A stretch of DNA of 64,000 nt from Opitutaceae bacterium (GTDB lineage: Bacteria > Verrucomicrobiota > Verrucomicrobiia > Opitutales > Opitutaceae), in NCBI GenBank assembly GCA_009919985.1, contig RGAX01000001.1:227-64226 (forward strand), written 5' to 3'. Both the position numbers and the translations under genes were made by a program. The notes below the pieces were generated by a model. That model was given only the letters and a program-made list of their open reading frames with translations. It was not told the DNA's origin and did not search any database. Each line of letters opens with the position of its first letter. The first letter of the stretch is position 1. Positions 31,325 through 41,659 of this stretch are shown here, in pieces.

Positions 31325-32827
31325 ATGTTTTCCGCCTTCACGAATTCGCTGAAAATCCCCGAGCTCCGCTCGCGTATTTTCTACACGCTCTCGCTGCTGT
31401 TCGTTGCGCGCGTTGGTGCGCACATCCCGCTGCCTGGTATTGATCCGGCGCCGCTGCAGAAGTTCTTCGCCGAACAAGCCGGCGGCACGGGTGGGGCCCT
31501 CGTCGGCCTTTACAACATGTTCACCGGCGGTGCCCTCGTGAAAGGTGCTATTTTCGCTTTGGGCATCATGCCCTACATCAGCGCCTCGATTATTTTCCAG
31601 CTCATGACGGCGGTCGTACCTGCCTTGAGCCGCCTCCAACAAGAAGGCGATGTCGGTCGTCAGAAGCTCACGCAGTATATGCGTTATGCGACGGTGATCA
31701 TCTGCTTGGTGCAAGGCACGCTCCTGATTTGGGCACTCGAACAACCCGGTCGTCTTTTCCCAGGTTACGATGAAAACGTCTACGGCGCGATCGTGGTCGT
31801 CGGTAAGCTCGGTTTCTTGATCACCTCAGTGATCTTCATGACCGCGGGTACCATGCTGCTGATGTGGCTTGGCGAGCAGATCACCCAGCGAGGCATCGGT
31901 AATGGCGTATCTTTGCTCATCACCGTCGGCATTTTGGCCGATATCCCCAATGCGGCCGTTGCCACCTATAACTTGTTCTTCCGTCCAGTCGGCACCGGCC
32001 AAAGCCTCGGTCTGCCGCAGGCGGTTGTGATGGGGGTCCTTTTTATCGCCGTTACGATGGGTATCATCATGGTCGTGCAAGGCCAGCGCAAGATCCCAGT
32101 CCAGTACGCCAAGCGCGTCGTGGGCAACAAAGTCATGGGCGGCCAAAGTTCCTTCCTGCCGCTTAAGGTCAATTATTCGGGCGTCATGCCCGTTATCTTT
32201 GCTAGCGCCATCTTGCTGTTCCCGCAGCAGATCTTCTCCCAACTCGGAGCAGCTTTTAATATCAAGTTTTTGAGCGAGATTTCGCAAAACCTCCTGCGCG
32301 GTCATTGGAGCTACTACCTAATCGATACCGTCCTGATCATGTTCTTCAGCTATTTCTGGGTATCCGTGATGTTTAAACCCATCCAGATCGCCGACGATCT
32401 TAAGAAATACGGCGGCTACATCCCCGGCGTCCGCCCTGGCGAACCCACGGCCCAATTCCTCGATTTCATTATGACCCGTCTTACCCTAGCGGGTGCGATC
32501 TTCCTGACGGTCATCGCGGTCATGCCCGACGTGCTCCTTTTTGAACTCAATGTTCCCCAACGCATCGCCGTCTTCTTCGGTGGCACAGGTATGTTGATCA
32601 CCGTGGGCGTCATTTTGGACACCATGCGCCAAATCGAGACCTTCCTGTTGCAACGTCATTACGACGGTTTCCTCAAGAAAGGTCGTATCCGCGCTCGCAG
32701 CGCCAACCCGCAAGGGATGACCGGTGATGCGCTCAGCTCCGATGCAATCATGAAGCTCGCGCTTCCGATGCTCGTTCTGTTGGTGTTGGGCGTCGGCATC
32801 GCCGCCTACCGCCACTTCGTCAATTAA
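31325..32827 (+). CDS. secY: Preprotein translocase subunit SecY with a C-terminal extension
   Basis: 500 aa. MFSAFTNSLKIPELRSRIFYTLSLLFVARVGAHIPLPGID..., ten hydrophobic segments, then ...LLQRHYDGFLKKGRIRARS followed by about 40 further residues that include a hydrophobic helix. Confidence 0.97.
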   Translation: MFSAFTNSLKIPELRSRIFYTLSLLFVARVGAHIPLPGIDPAPLQKFFAEQAGGTGGALVGLYNMFTGGALVKGAIFALGIMPYISASIIFQLMTAVVPALSRLQQEGDVGRQKLTQYMRYATVIICLVQGTLLIWALEQPGRLFPGYDENVYGAIVVVGKLGFLITSVIFMTAGTMLLMWLGEQITQRGIGNGVSLLITVGILADIPNAAVATYNLFFRPVGTGQSLGLPQAVVMGVLFIAVTMGIIMVVQGQRKIPVQYAKRVVGNKVMGGQSSFLPLKVNYSGVMPVIFASAILLFPQQIFSQLGAAFNIKFLSEISQNLLRGHWSYYLIDTVLIMFFSYFWVSVMFKPIQIADDLKKYGGYIPGVRPGEPTAQFLDFIMTRLTLAGAIFLTVIAVMPDVLLFELNVPQRIAVFFGGTGMLITVGVILDTMRQIETFLLQRHYDGFLKKGRIRARSANPQGMTGDALSSDAIMKLALPMLVLLVLGVGIAAYRHFVN

Positions 32828-32846
32828 GTTCTTTACTCGGGTCTCG

Positions 32847-33278
32847 ATGGCCTCCATCAACGACCTCTACGCGCTCGGCGGACCTCCCGCCCGAGCTAAA
32901 ATCATTCTCCTTGGTTCAGCTGCTTTTCACACCGAAAACCTGATGAACTTAGAACGTTCTTTGCACATTGAGCACGTCTCTCCCGCCGGCCTGTCGCGCC
33001 GGGAGATTTCGCGCCGCCCCGGCTCCGCCGCGGTGACTGAAGCCGCTACTCTCGCCTTGTTGCGAAAGTGGTTCTTTGCGCGCAAACCTGATGCGGGATT
33101 TGTCCTCACGGACTTCCCGGCTACGCTGCTCCAAGCTTTGGTGTTCGACGAATGGATGGACGCTCGCGATGAAAACCTCCTCGCCGTTTATGCCTCCCCT
33201 GATGCTCCGGCATCAGTCCTCGAACACTATCGCACCTTAGGCCTCCTCAAAAAAGATGAGGCCGCACTCGCTGCATGA
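32847..33278 (+). CDS. Degenerate, truncated adenylate-kinase-like protein (P-loop and LID absent)
   Basis: 143 aa in the adk slot between secY and map. KIILLGSAAFHTENL aligns by eye to Adk IILLGxPGAGKGTQ, and GFVLTDFPATLLQA to GFLLDGFPRTxxQA. ATGA overlap with map. Confidence 0.7.
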   Translation: MASINDLYALGGPPARAKIILLGSAAFHTENLMNLERSLHIEHVSPAGLSRREISRRPGSAAVTEAATLALLRKWFFARKPDAGFVLTDFPATLLQALVFDEWMDARDENLLAVYASPDAPASVLEHYRTLGLLKKDEAALAA

Positions 33279-34045
33279 TCCCGATCAAAGACAAAATCGG
33301 TATCGCTAAAATGCGCGAGGCCTGTGCCATCGCCGCGACCGTGCTTGATCAACTCAAGCCCCTCGTTCGCCCCGGTGTCACAACGCAGGATTTGGAGGAA
33401 GCAGGCCGCGATTGGATCGCCCGCCTCGGCGCGCGCAGCGCCTGTTTCGGTTATCAGCACGGTTCCCGCCGCTACCCGGCGCACACCTGCATCTCGGTTA
33501 ACGAAGAAGTCGTTCATGGTATTCCCTCACTTCGTCGCGTTTTACGCGAAGGCGATATCGTTTCACTCGACATCGTGGTGTGGCATGACGGCTACGTTGG
33601 CGACAACGCCACCACGCTACCGGTTGGCCCGATTTCACCCGCCCTCGAAAAACTTCTCCGCGTCTCGCGTGAAGCCCTCGACCTCGGCATCCGTCAAGCG
33701 CAGGTCGGCAATCGTATCGGCGACATCTCGCATGCGATTCAGACCCACTGCGAAAGCCACGGCTTCAGCGTCGTTCGCGATATGGTCGGCCACGGCGTCG
33801 GAACCGCGATGCATGAACCCCCAGAGATCGCCAACTTTGGTCGGCGCGGCACCGGTGAAAAAATCAAGCCCGGCATGACGCTCGCGATCGAACCTATGGT
33901 CAACCTCGGCGGTTTCAAGACCAAGACCTTGGGCGATGGTTGGACCCACGTCACCTCCGACGGTCAGCCCTCCGCTCATTTCGAACACACCGTGCTCACC
34001 ACAGATAGTGGCCCGGAGATCCTCACGATCCCGCGCCCACAATAA
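33275..34045 (+). CDS. map: Type I methionine aminopeptidase
   Basis: 256 aa. EEVVHGIP, DIVVWHDGYVGD, VGHGVGTAMHEPP, LAIEPMV, HFEHTVLT. Confidence 0.97.
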   Translation: MIPIKDKIGIAKMREACAIAATVLDQLKPLVRPGVTTQDLEEAGRDWIARLGARSACFGYQHGSRRYPAHTCISVNEEVVHGIPSLRRVLREGDIVSLDIVVWHDGYVGDNATTLPVGPISPALEKLLRVSREALDLGIRQAQVGNRIGDISHAIQTHCESHGFSVVRDMVGHGVGTAMHEPPEIANFGRRGTGEKIKPGMTLAIEPMVNLGGFKTKTLGDGWTHVTSDGQPSAHFEHTVLTTDSGPEILTIPRPQ

Positions 34046-34099
34046 ATTTTCCATTTCCGTTTCCTCACTCTCAACTCTCTAACACCAACCCATCCTACC

Positions 34100-34480
34100 A
34101 TGCCACGTCTCCTCGGCGTCGAAATCCCCGCGAAGAAGAAAATCGCGTTCTCTCTGCGTTACATCTACGGTATCGGCCCCCAACGGGCTGACCTAATCGT
34201 CAAAGAAGTCGGCATCGATCCCGATCTCCGCGCCCAAGATCTGAGCGAAGAACAGCTCAACAAAATTCTCCACGTGATCACCGATCACAAGTGGATCGTT
34301 GAAGGCGATCTTCGTCGCGACCACACCGCCAATCTCAAGCGCCTCCAAGCGATCAATTGCTACCGTGGCGTTCGCCATCGTCGCAGCCTCCCGGTGCGCG
34401 GTCAGCGCACCAGCACCAACGCCCGCACCCGCAAGGGCCCGCGCAAGACCGTTGGTGTCACCAAAGCTAAGGAAGTTTAA
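34100..34480 (+). CDS. rpsM: 30S ribosomal protein S13
   Basis: MPRLLGVEIPAKKKIAFSLRYIYGIG. Confidence 0.98.
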   Translation: MPRLLGVEIPAKKKIAFSLRYIYGIGPQRADLIVKEVGIDPDLRAQDLSEEQLNKILHVITDHKWIVEGDLRRDHTANLKRLQAINCYRGVRHRRSLPVRGQRTSTNARTRKGPRKTVGVTKAKEV

Positions 34481-34492
34481 TCTTACACTCAC

Positions 34493-35122
34493 ATGGCCGA
34501 AGAAAAGTCCGCTCCTAAGAAGGAAAAACCCGTCAAGGCTGCTGCAGCCGCTGGCGAATCCAAGCCCGCCAAGGCCCCGAAAGCCAAGGCCCCCAAGGCT
34601 GACGCTACCGCGCCCGCCGCCGAAGCCCCCGCGGCTACCCCCGTCGCTCACGCGCCGGAAGCCAAGGCTGCCCCCGTCGAACTCATCGGTGGTGTCGCTC
34701 GTCAGCCCACGGCTGAAGAACTCCTCAAAGAGGAAATCGGCACGATCAAGGTTCGTAAGGCTAAGGGTTCCAAAAACGTCACCTCCGGTGTCGCCAACGT
34801 TCTCGCCTCCTTCAACAACACGATCGTCTCGATCACCGACCATAAGGGCGCCGTCATCGCCTGGTCCAGCGCCGGTAAGTGCAACTTCCGCGGTTCGCGT
34901 AAGTCCACCGCCTACGCCGCTCAGATCGTCGCCCAAGACGCCGCGCGCAACGCGATGTCCCACGGCCTCAAGGATGTCGTCATCCGCATCTCGGGTCCCG
35001 GTCTAGGTCGCGATAGCGCGGTCCGCGCCCTCCAAGCGATCGGTCTCGAGATCACCTCGATCATCGACGTCACGCCCATCCCGCACAACGGTTGCCGTCC
35101 ACGCAAACGCCGTCGCGTCTGA
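34493..35122 (+). CDS. rpsK: 30S ribosomal protein S11 with an N-terminal Lys/Ala/Pro-rich extension of about 80 aa
   Basis: Core sequence [46 protein letters not shown]...[14 protein letters not shown]. 209 aa, compared with about 130 aa for a typical S11. Confidence 0.95.
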   Translation: MAEEKSAPKKEKPVKAAAAAGESKPAKAPKAKAPKADATAPAAEAPAATPVAHAPEAKAAPVELIGGVARQPTAEELLKEEIGTIKVRKAKGSKNVTSGVANVLASFNNTIVSITDHKGAVIAWSSAGKCNFRGSRKSTAYAAQIVAQDAARNAMSHGLKDVVIRISGPGLGRDSAVRALQAIGLEITSIIDVTPIPHNGCRPRKRRRV

Positions 35123-35163
35123 GCACCTCGTTCCCTTTTATTTAACACTCAATATTTCCGACC

Positions 35164-35775
35164 ATGGCTCGTTACACAGGTCCTACCACCCGCATCAGCC
35201 GCCGTTTTGGCGTGCATCTGCTTGGCTCCGCCAAGGCGCTCGAGCGCCGCAACTATCCTCCAGGCCAACACGGTCCTAAGTCCCGCCGTAAGGTCTCCGA
35301 ATACTCGGTCGGCCTCGGTGAGAAACAGAAGCTCCGCTACGTCTACGGCCTGCTTGAGCGCCAATTCCGTCGCACCTTCGAGATCGCTAAACGCGAGCGC
35401 GGCGTCACCGGCGAGCGCTTCATGCAGCTGCTCGAGACCCGCCTTGACAGCGTCGTGTATCTGCTCGGTTTCGCTAAGAGCCGCGCTGCTGCCCGCCAAT
35501 TCGTCAATCACGGCCACATCCGCGTCAACGGTCGCAAGCTAGACATCTCCAGCTATAGCGTGAAACCCGGCGACGAAATCGAGGTCAAGAACGCTCCGGC
35601 TTCCCGCCAGTTTGCCACCCGCAACCTCGAGGAAAACCGCATTCGTAACGTCCCCGGTTGGCTCACCCTCAACGCCGAAGCCTTCAAGGCCGCGGTCGTT
35701 CGTCTGCCCAAGCGCGACGAAATGGATCAAAACATCAACGAACAGCTCATCGTCGAGTTCTACTCGCGCTTCTGA
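35164..35775 (+). CDS. rpsD: 30S ribosomal protein S4
   Basis: MARYTGPTTRISRRFGVHL... Confidence 0.98.
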   Translation: MARYTGPTTRISRRFGVHLLGSAKALERRNYPPGQHGPKSRRKVSEYSVGLGEKQKLRYVYGLLERQFRRTFEIAKRERGVTGERFMQLLETRLDSVVYLLGFAKSRAAARQFVNHGHIRVNGRKLDISSYSVKPGDEIEVKNAPASRQFATRNLEENRIRNVPGWLTLNAEAFKAAVVRLPKRDEMDQNINEQLIVEFYSRF

Positions 35776-35828
35776 GTTTTTTTTGCCTCTTTCCTTAACT
35801 TCCTCTTAACTCGTCAGAGTTCATCACC

Positions 35829-36830
35829 ATGCCCAAACGCCTCGGAAAGTTCGAACTCCCTAGCAAGCTCACCAAAATCGAGGAAGGCTCCACGCCGACC
35901 TACGCGAAGTTCATCGCCGAGCCTTTCGAGGCCGGCTACGGTCACACGGTGGGTAACTCCCTCCGTCGTATTCTGCTCAGCTCCATCGAAGGTGCGGCCA
36001 TCTCCTCCATCAAAATTGATGGCGTGAATCATGAGTTCCAATCCATCGATGGCGTCGTCGAAGATGTCACCGACATCGTGCTGAACCTCAAAAAGGTTCT
36101 GCTCGTATCCCACAAACGTGAGACCATCAGTCTCACCGTCAAAGCCAACAAAATCGGCCCCGTCACCGCGGCCGACATCCAGGCTGACGCCAATATCACC
36201 ATCGTAAATCCCGACCAGGTCATCTGCACCCTCGACACGAAACGCAATTTCGAAGCCGAGATCGAGATCAAGACCGGTCGTGGTTACTATCCTGGTGAGC
36301 AAAACAAGAAAGAAGAACAAGCCATCGGCGTCATTCCGATCGACTCTCTCTTCTCGCCTGTTCGTCTCGTCAAATATTCGGTCGAAGCCACCCGCGTGGG
36401 TCAAATCACCGATTACGACAAACTCATCCTCGAGATCTGGACCGATGGCCGCATCACTCCCGATGACGCCCTCAAACAGTCCGCCTCGATTCTAAAGCAT
36501 CACCTCGACGTCTTCGATCGCGTCAGCGAAGAGACCTACGAATTCGAAAACCAACAGTCCGAGGTCAGCGAAGAGCAGAACAAGCTCCGCAAACTCCTCA
36601 ACATGTCGGTCAACGAGATCGAACTCTCCGTGCGCGCCGCCAACTGCTTGAACAACGCGAATATCACCACTGTGGGTGAACTCGCGATGAAGTCCGAGCA
36701 GGAGATGCTTAAATACCGCAACTTCGGCAAGAAGTCGCTCAACGAAATTAAGGACAAGCTCGAAGCCCTCGGCCTCTCGCTTGGCATGAAGTTCGACGAA
36801 CGCCTCCTCGAGACCAAGAAAGAAGCCTAA
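35829..36830 (+). CDS. rpoA: DNA-directed RNA polymerase subunit alpha
   Basis: 333 aa. GHTVGNSLRRILLSSIEGAAI and C-terminal domain ELSVRAANCLNNANITTVGELAMKSEQEMLKYRNFGKKSLNEIKDKL. Confidence 0.98.
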   Translation: MPKRLGKFELPSKLTKIEEGSTPTYAKFIAEPFEAGYGHTVGNSLRRILLSSIEGAAISSIKIDGVNHEFQSIDGVVEDVTDIVLNLKKVLLVSHKRETISLTVKANKIGPVTAADIQADANITIVNPDQVICTLDTKRNFEAEIEIKTGRGYYPGEQNKKEEQAIGVIPIDSLFSPVRLVKYSVEATRVGQITDYDKLILEIWTDGRITPDDALKQSASILKHHLDVFDRVSEETYEFENQQSEVSEEQNKLRKLLNMSVNEIELSVRAANCLNNANITTVGELAMKSEQEMLKYRNFGKKSLNEIKDKLEALGLSLGMKFDERLLETKKEA

Positions 36831-36914
36831 TTCCTTTTTGGCGCCCGCGCCGTCTGTGTCGCCCTACGCTGCGACCAGATTGCCGATCGTGCGCCGAACT
36901 CAAACACACCGACC

Positions 36915-37406
36915 ATGCGTCACAATAAACATCACGCCTCCTTAGGCGTAACTGCTCCTCACCGTAAAGCGATGATGGCCAATATGGCCGTCTCACTCAT
37001 CACTCACGGCCGGATCCAAACCACCTTCTCGAAGGCCAAAGCCCTTCGTCCCTTCATCGAGAAGGTCATCACCAAGGCCAAAAAAGCCGCGCTGAAGACC
37101 GACAAGAAGGATGCCATTCATTTGCGCCGTCTGGCCTTGGCCGACGTGCGCGACGAGAATGCGATCACCCTTCTCTTCAATGAGAAATACAAGGACTTCG
37201 CCAATCGTGCCGGTGGTTACACCCGCATCTACAAACTCGGACCACGTTCCGCTGGCGATGCCGCTGAAATGGCACTCATCGAGTTCGTAAAGGCCGATGA
37301 CCCAGGCTACAAGCAGGCTAAAAAACCGGCCAAAGCCAAGAAAGCCAAAGCCCCCAAGGCTGCCGCTGAAACCGCTCCCGCGGCCGAAGGCGACGCCAAG
37401 GCCTAA
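36915..37406 (+). CDS. rplQ: 50S ribosomal protein L17 with a C-terminal Lys/Ala-rich tail
   Basis: MRHNKHHASLGVTAPHRKAMMANMAVSLITHGRIQTTFSKAKALRPFIEKVIT. Confidence 0.97.
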   Translation: MRHNKHHASLGVTAPHRKAMMANMAVSLITHGRIQTTFSKAKALRPFIEKVITKAKKAALKTDKKDAIHLRRLALADVRDENAITLLFNEKYKDFANRAGGYTRIYKLGPRSAGDAAEMALIEFVKADDPGYKQAKKPAKAKKAKAPKAAAETAPAAEGDAKA

Positions 37407-37459
37407 GACTAAGCTAGGCTTATCGCTAGGCTGGTTAAAATCAGTCTCAGCTTCACTTC

Positions 37460-37497
37460 AACGCGCCGACGTAATTGTCGGCGCGTTTTTATTTTTT
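37460..37497 (+). terminator. Rho-independent terminator ending the ribosomal superoperon
   Basis: AACGCGCCGAC-GTAATT-GTCGGCGCGTT (11 bp stem) followed by TTTATTTTTT, 54 nt after the rplQ stop. Confidence 0.85.
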
Positions 37498-37610
37498 ACT
37501 GTGGCGGGATCATAAGCCCAGATCCGCACTCAAATTGGCGCTTCCGCGCCAGAGCTCAGTTGCACTGAAATCCTTGCGCCGCCCACCGCGCCGCCTCCAA
37601 GTTCAAGCGC

Positions 37611-37838
37611 ATGTTTGATTTCACCAGCGCCGCCGTTTTTTACTGTCTGCTTGTGGCGGCGATCTTTCTTGGCCTCTGGTTTTACTATGATCGGCGCGAT
37701 TACCGCCGGTTCGAGCGAGAGCGCCGCAAGACGACGTTTCACTGCATACGCTGCGATCAACTCTACACCGCGAGTCTGGGCGCTGAGTTATACCCATGCC
37801 CGCGTTGCGCGCATGAAAACACCCGCTTGAAATTTTGA
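37611..37838 (+). CDS. Small membrane-anchored zinc-ribbon protein (hypothetical)
   Basis: 75 aa. N-terminal [22 protein letters not shown], a basic linker, then CIRC-x14-CPRC. Two other-frame ORFs overlap it, but only this one has coherent features. Confidence 0.55.
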   Translation: MFDFTSAAVFYCLLVAAIFLGLWFYYDRRDYRRFERERRKTTFHCIRCDQLYTASLGAELYPCPRCAHENTRLKF

Positions 37839-37912
37839 GGCCGCATTTGACGACGCCCCCAGCGTTCGTGTTTTCTTACCCCTTTAAACCCACGCGACTT
37901 CCGCCTTATTCC

Positions 37913-39454
<1,542 letters not shown>

Positions 39455-39509
39455 TCGGTTCGTAACCGCTGCGAGCCCTCGCCGCTAAGATCTGTTCACT
39501 CACGCGCCC

Positions 39510-40268
39510 ATGACCACGAATCACCTTTGCCGTTTCGTGCTAGGTGTCGCTTCATGGTTTCTCGTCGCCCCGGCGCATGCTGAGCCCGAAATCATCGCTC
39601 AAGCTCGGGCCTTTATCGGCGAGGAAGCCGCCCTAAGCGCAGTGCGTTCCCTGCGTTTCGTTGGCACGCTCGTTACGGCCCACCCCGTTGATGCCTCGAA
39701 ACAAACCCGCGCTTCCGTCGAGATTGTTTTCCAAAAACCCGCCCAGCAACGCATCACGATCGCCTACGAAAAAGCCTTCGAGCAGACTGCGCTCGATGAC
39801 TACGAAGCCTGGCAACGCCAACAAGACCCGAGCGAGGCGAGCCAATGGCGCCTATCGCTTCTCTCCATCGAACAGGTCAAGCGCCTGCGCGCCAACACGC
39901 TCGAGAACTTGGCTTTTTTTCGCGGACTCGACCGGCAGGGGGCGCGGATTGAAGATCAAGGTCCGGTCACAATCGATGGAGTGCCCTGTGAGAAAATCGC
40001 CTTTATCCACGCGCCCAATATCATTTTCACGCGCTACTTTGAAATCGCCACCGGCCGCCTGCGGCTGACCGAAACCGAAGCCGGCGGCTCGATCCGTGAA
40101 CAAGGTGAGATCACGGTCAATGCGTTGCGGTTTCCCAAAAAAATCATCACCCTCACGCCGATCGCCCACGGTAAATCCCAGACCGTCACGATCACCTTCG
40201 ATAAAATCAGTGTGAATGAAACCTTTCCCTCTACCTTCTTCGCCGTTCCGGCGCTGTCTAATCGATGA
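39510..40268 (+). CDS. Exported hypothetical protein (possibly with a LolA-like lipoprotein-sorting fold)
   Basis: 252 aa. Signal peptide MTTNHLCRFVLGVASWFLVAPAHA, then beta-rich sequence. The fold suggestion is by eye only. Confidence 0.7.
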   Translation: MTTNHLCRFVLGVASWFLVAPAHAEPEIIAQARAFIGEEAALSAVRSLRFVGTLVTAHPVDASKQTRASVEIVFQKPAQQRITIAYEKAFEQTALDDYEAWQRQQDPSEASQWRLSLLSIEQVKRLRANTLENLAFFRGLDRQGARIEDQGPVTIDGVPCEKIAFIHAPNIIFTRYFEIATGRLRLTETEAGGSIREQGEITVNALRFPKKIITLTPIAHGKSQTVTITFDKISVNETFPSTFFAVPALSNR

Positions 40269-40331
40269 TCGGGCAGGGGAGTGTGATTTTTTATCTACGT
40301 CCTTCATCTTCACAAAAACCTCCTTTTAACT

Positions 40332-41627
40332 ATGCGCACCCTCGCCATCTCCGATAAAAATTTTGCCGACGATCTCGCTGCGTTCTGCCGCGGTTCGAAC
40401 GTGCCGCGCGAGATCAGCGATGCAGTCACTGCCATCCTAGCCGACATCCGTCAACGCGGTGACGAAGCCGTAAGTCACTACGCGGCCAAATTCGACGGCG
40501 CCAAACTCCGCGCCAAAGAATTTCGCTTAAAGCCCGCCGATATCTCCGCTGCCGCCAAACGACTTCCACCCGCCGAGCGACGCGCTCTTGTGGCCGCGCA
40601 TGATAGTATTGTGGCCTTCAACCGCCGCGGTCTCGCCAGAAATTGGACCGCTAAAAATCCCCAAGGCGCACTCGTCGGCGAAAAATTTGACCCCATCCGT
40701 CGTGTCGGCCTTTACGTGCCCGGCGGTCAAGTCCCACTTGTTTCCACGGTCCTCATGACCGCCACGCTCGCCAAGATCGCCGGCTGCCCGCAGATCGCTG
40801 TGTTCACTCCGTCCAATTCTTACGGCAAAGTCGCCGACGGACTGCTCGCCGCGTTGGATCTAATCGGTATCGACGAAGTCTATCGCATCGGCGGCGTTCA
40901 GGCCATTGGAGCCATGGCCTATGGCACCTCGAGCATTCCCGCCGTCGATAAAATTTACGGTCCTGGTAACGCGTACGTCTGCGAGGCCAAACGCCAAGTC
41001 TTCGGTCACGTCGGCGTGGATTCACTTCCCGGCCCGAGCGAGGTGATGATCATCGCCGATGATACAGCTCGGGCCGATTTCGCCGCCGCCGATCTTCTCG
41101 CCCAAGCCGAACACGGCTCTGGTCGCGAAAAAATCTATCTGGTGGGTACCTCCGCCAAAATTATCGCCGCCATCGCCGCCGAAGTCCAGGCGCAGCTGCC
41201 GACGCTGACGCGCTCCGAGAAAACCGCCCGCGTCCTCGCTGAGGGTTGGCTCGCTGTCCAAGTCGACACCCTCGCGCAAGCCGCTGAGATCGCTAACTAC
41301 GTCGCGCCCGAACACCTCGAGCTCCTAGTCAAAGAGTCTTCCGCTAAGACTCTCACCAAGGCCATCACCACGGCTGGGGCGATCATGTTGGGCAATTTCA
41401 CGCCGACCGCGCTGGGCGATTTCACGGCCGGTCCCAGCCACGTACTACCGACGGGTCGCGCGGGACGTTTTTTCAGCGGCCTGCGCGTCGCCGACTTTCA
41501 ACGCCGCACCAGCCTCATCCGCTACGACCGCGCCAGCGTGAAACGTGGCGCTCCGGTCGTCGCCGCTTTTGCGGCAATGGAGCGACTCGACGCCCACGGC
41601 CGTTCCGTGCGGATACGCACTGAGTAA
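40332..41627 (+). CDS. hisD: Histidinol dehydrogenase
   Basis: 431 aa. YVPGGQVPLVSTVLMTATLAKIAG, LLAQAEHG, ANYVAPEHLEL. Confidence 0.96.
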   Translation: MRTLAISDKNFADDLAAFCRGSNVPREISDAVTAILADIRQRGDEAVSHYAAKFDGAKLRAKEFRLKPADISAAAKRLPPAERRALVAAHDSIVAFNRRGLARNWTAKNPQGALVGEKFDPIRRVGLYVPGGQVPLVSTVLMTATLAKIAGCPQIAVFTPSNSYGKVADGLLAALDLIGIDEVYRIGGVQAIGAMAYGTSSIPAVDKIYGPGNAYVCEAKRQVFGHVGVDSLPGPSEVMIIADDTARADFAAADLLAQAEHGSGREKIYLVGTSAKIIAAIAAEVQAQLPTLTRSEKTARVLAEGWLAVQVDTLAQAAEIANYVAPEHLELLVKESSAKTLTKAITTAGAIMLGNFTPTALGDFTAGPSHVLPTGRAGRFFSGLRVADFQRRTSLIRYDRASVKRGAPVVAAFAAMERLDAHGRSVRIRTE

Positions 41628-41659
41628 TTCAATCCGGCTAAGTCGTTCTGAACCAACCC

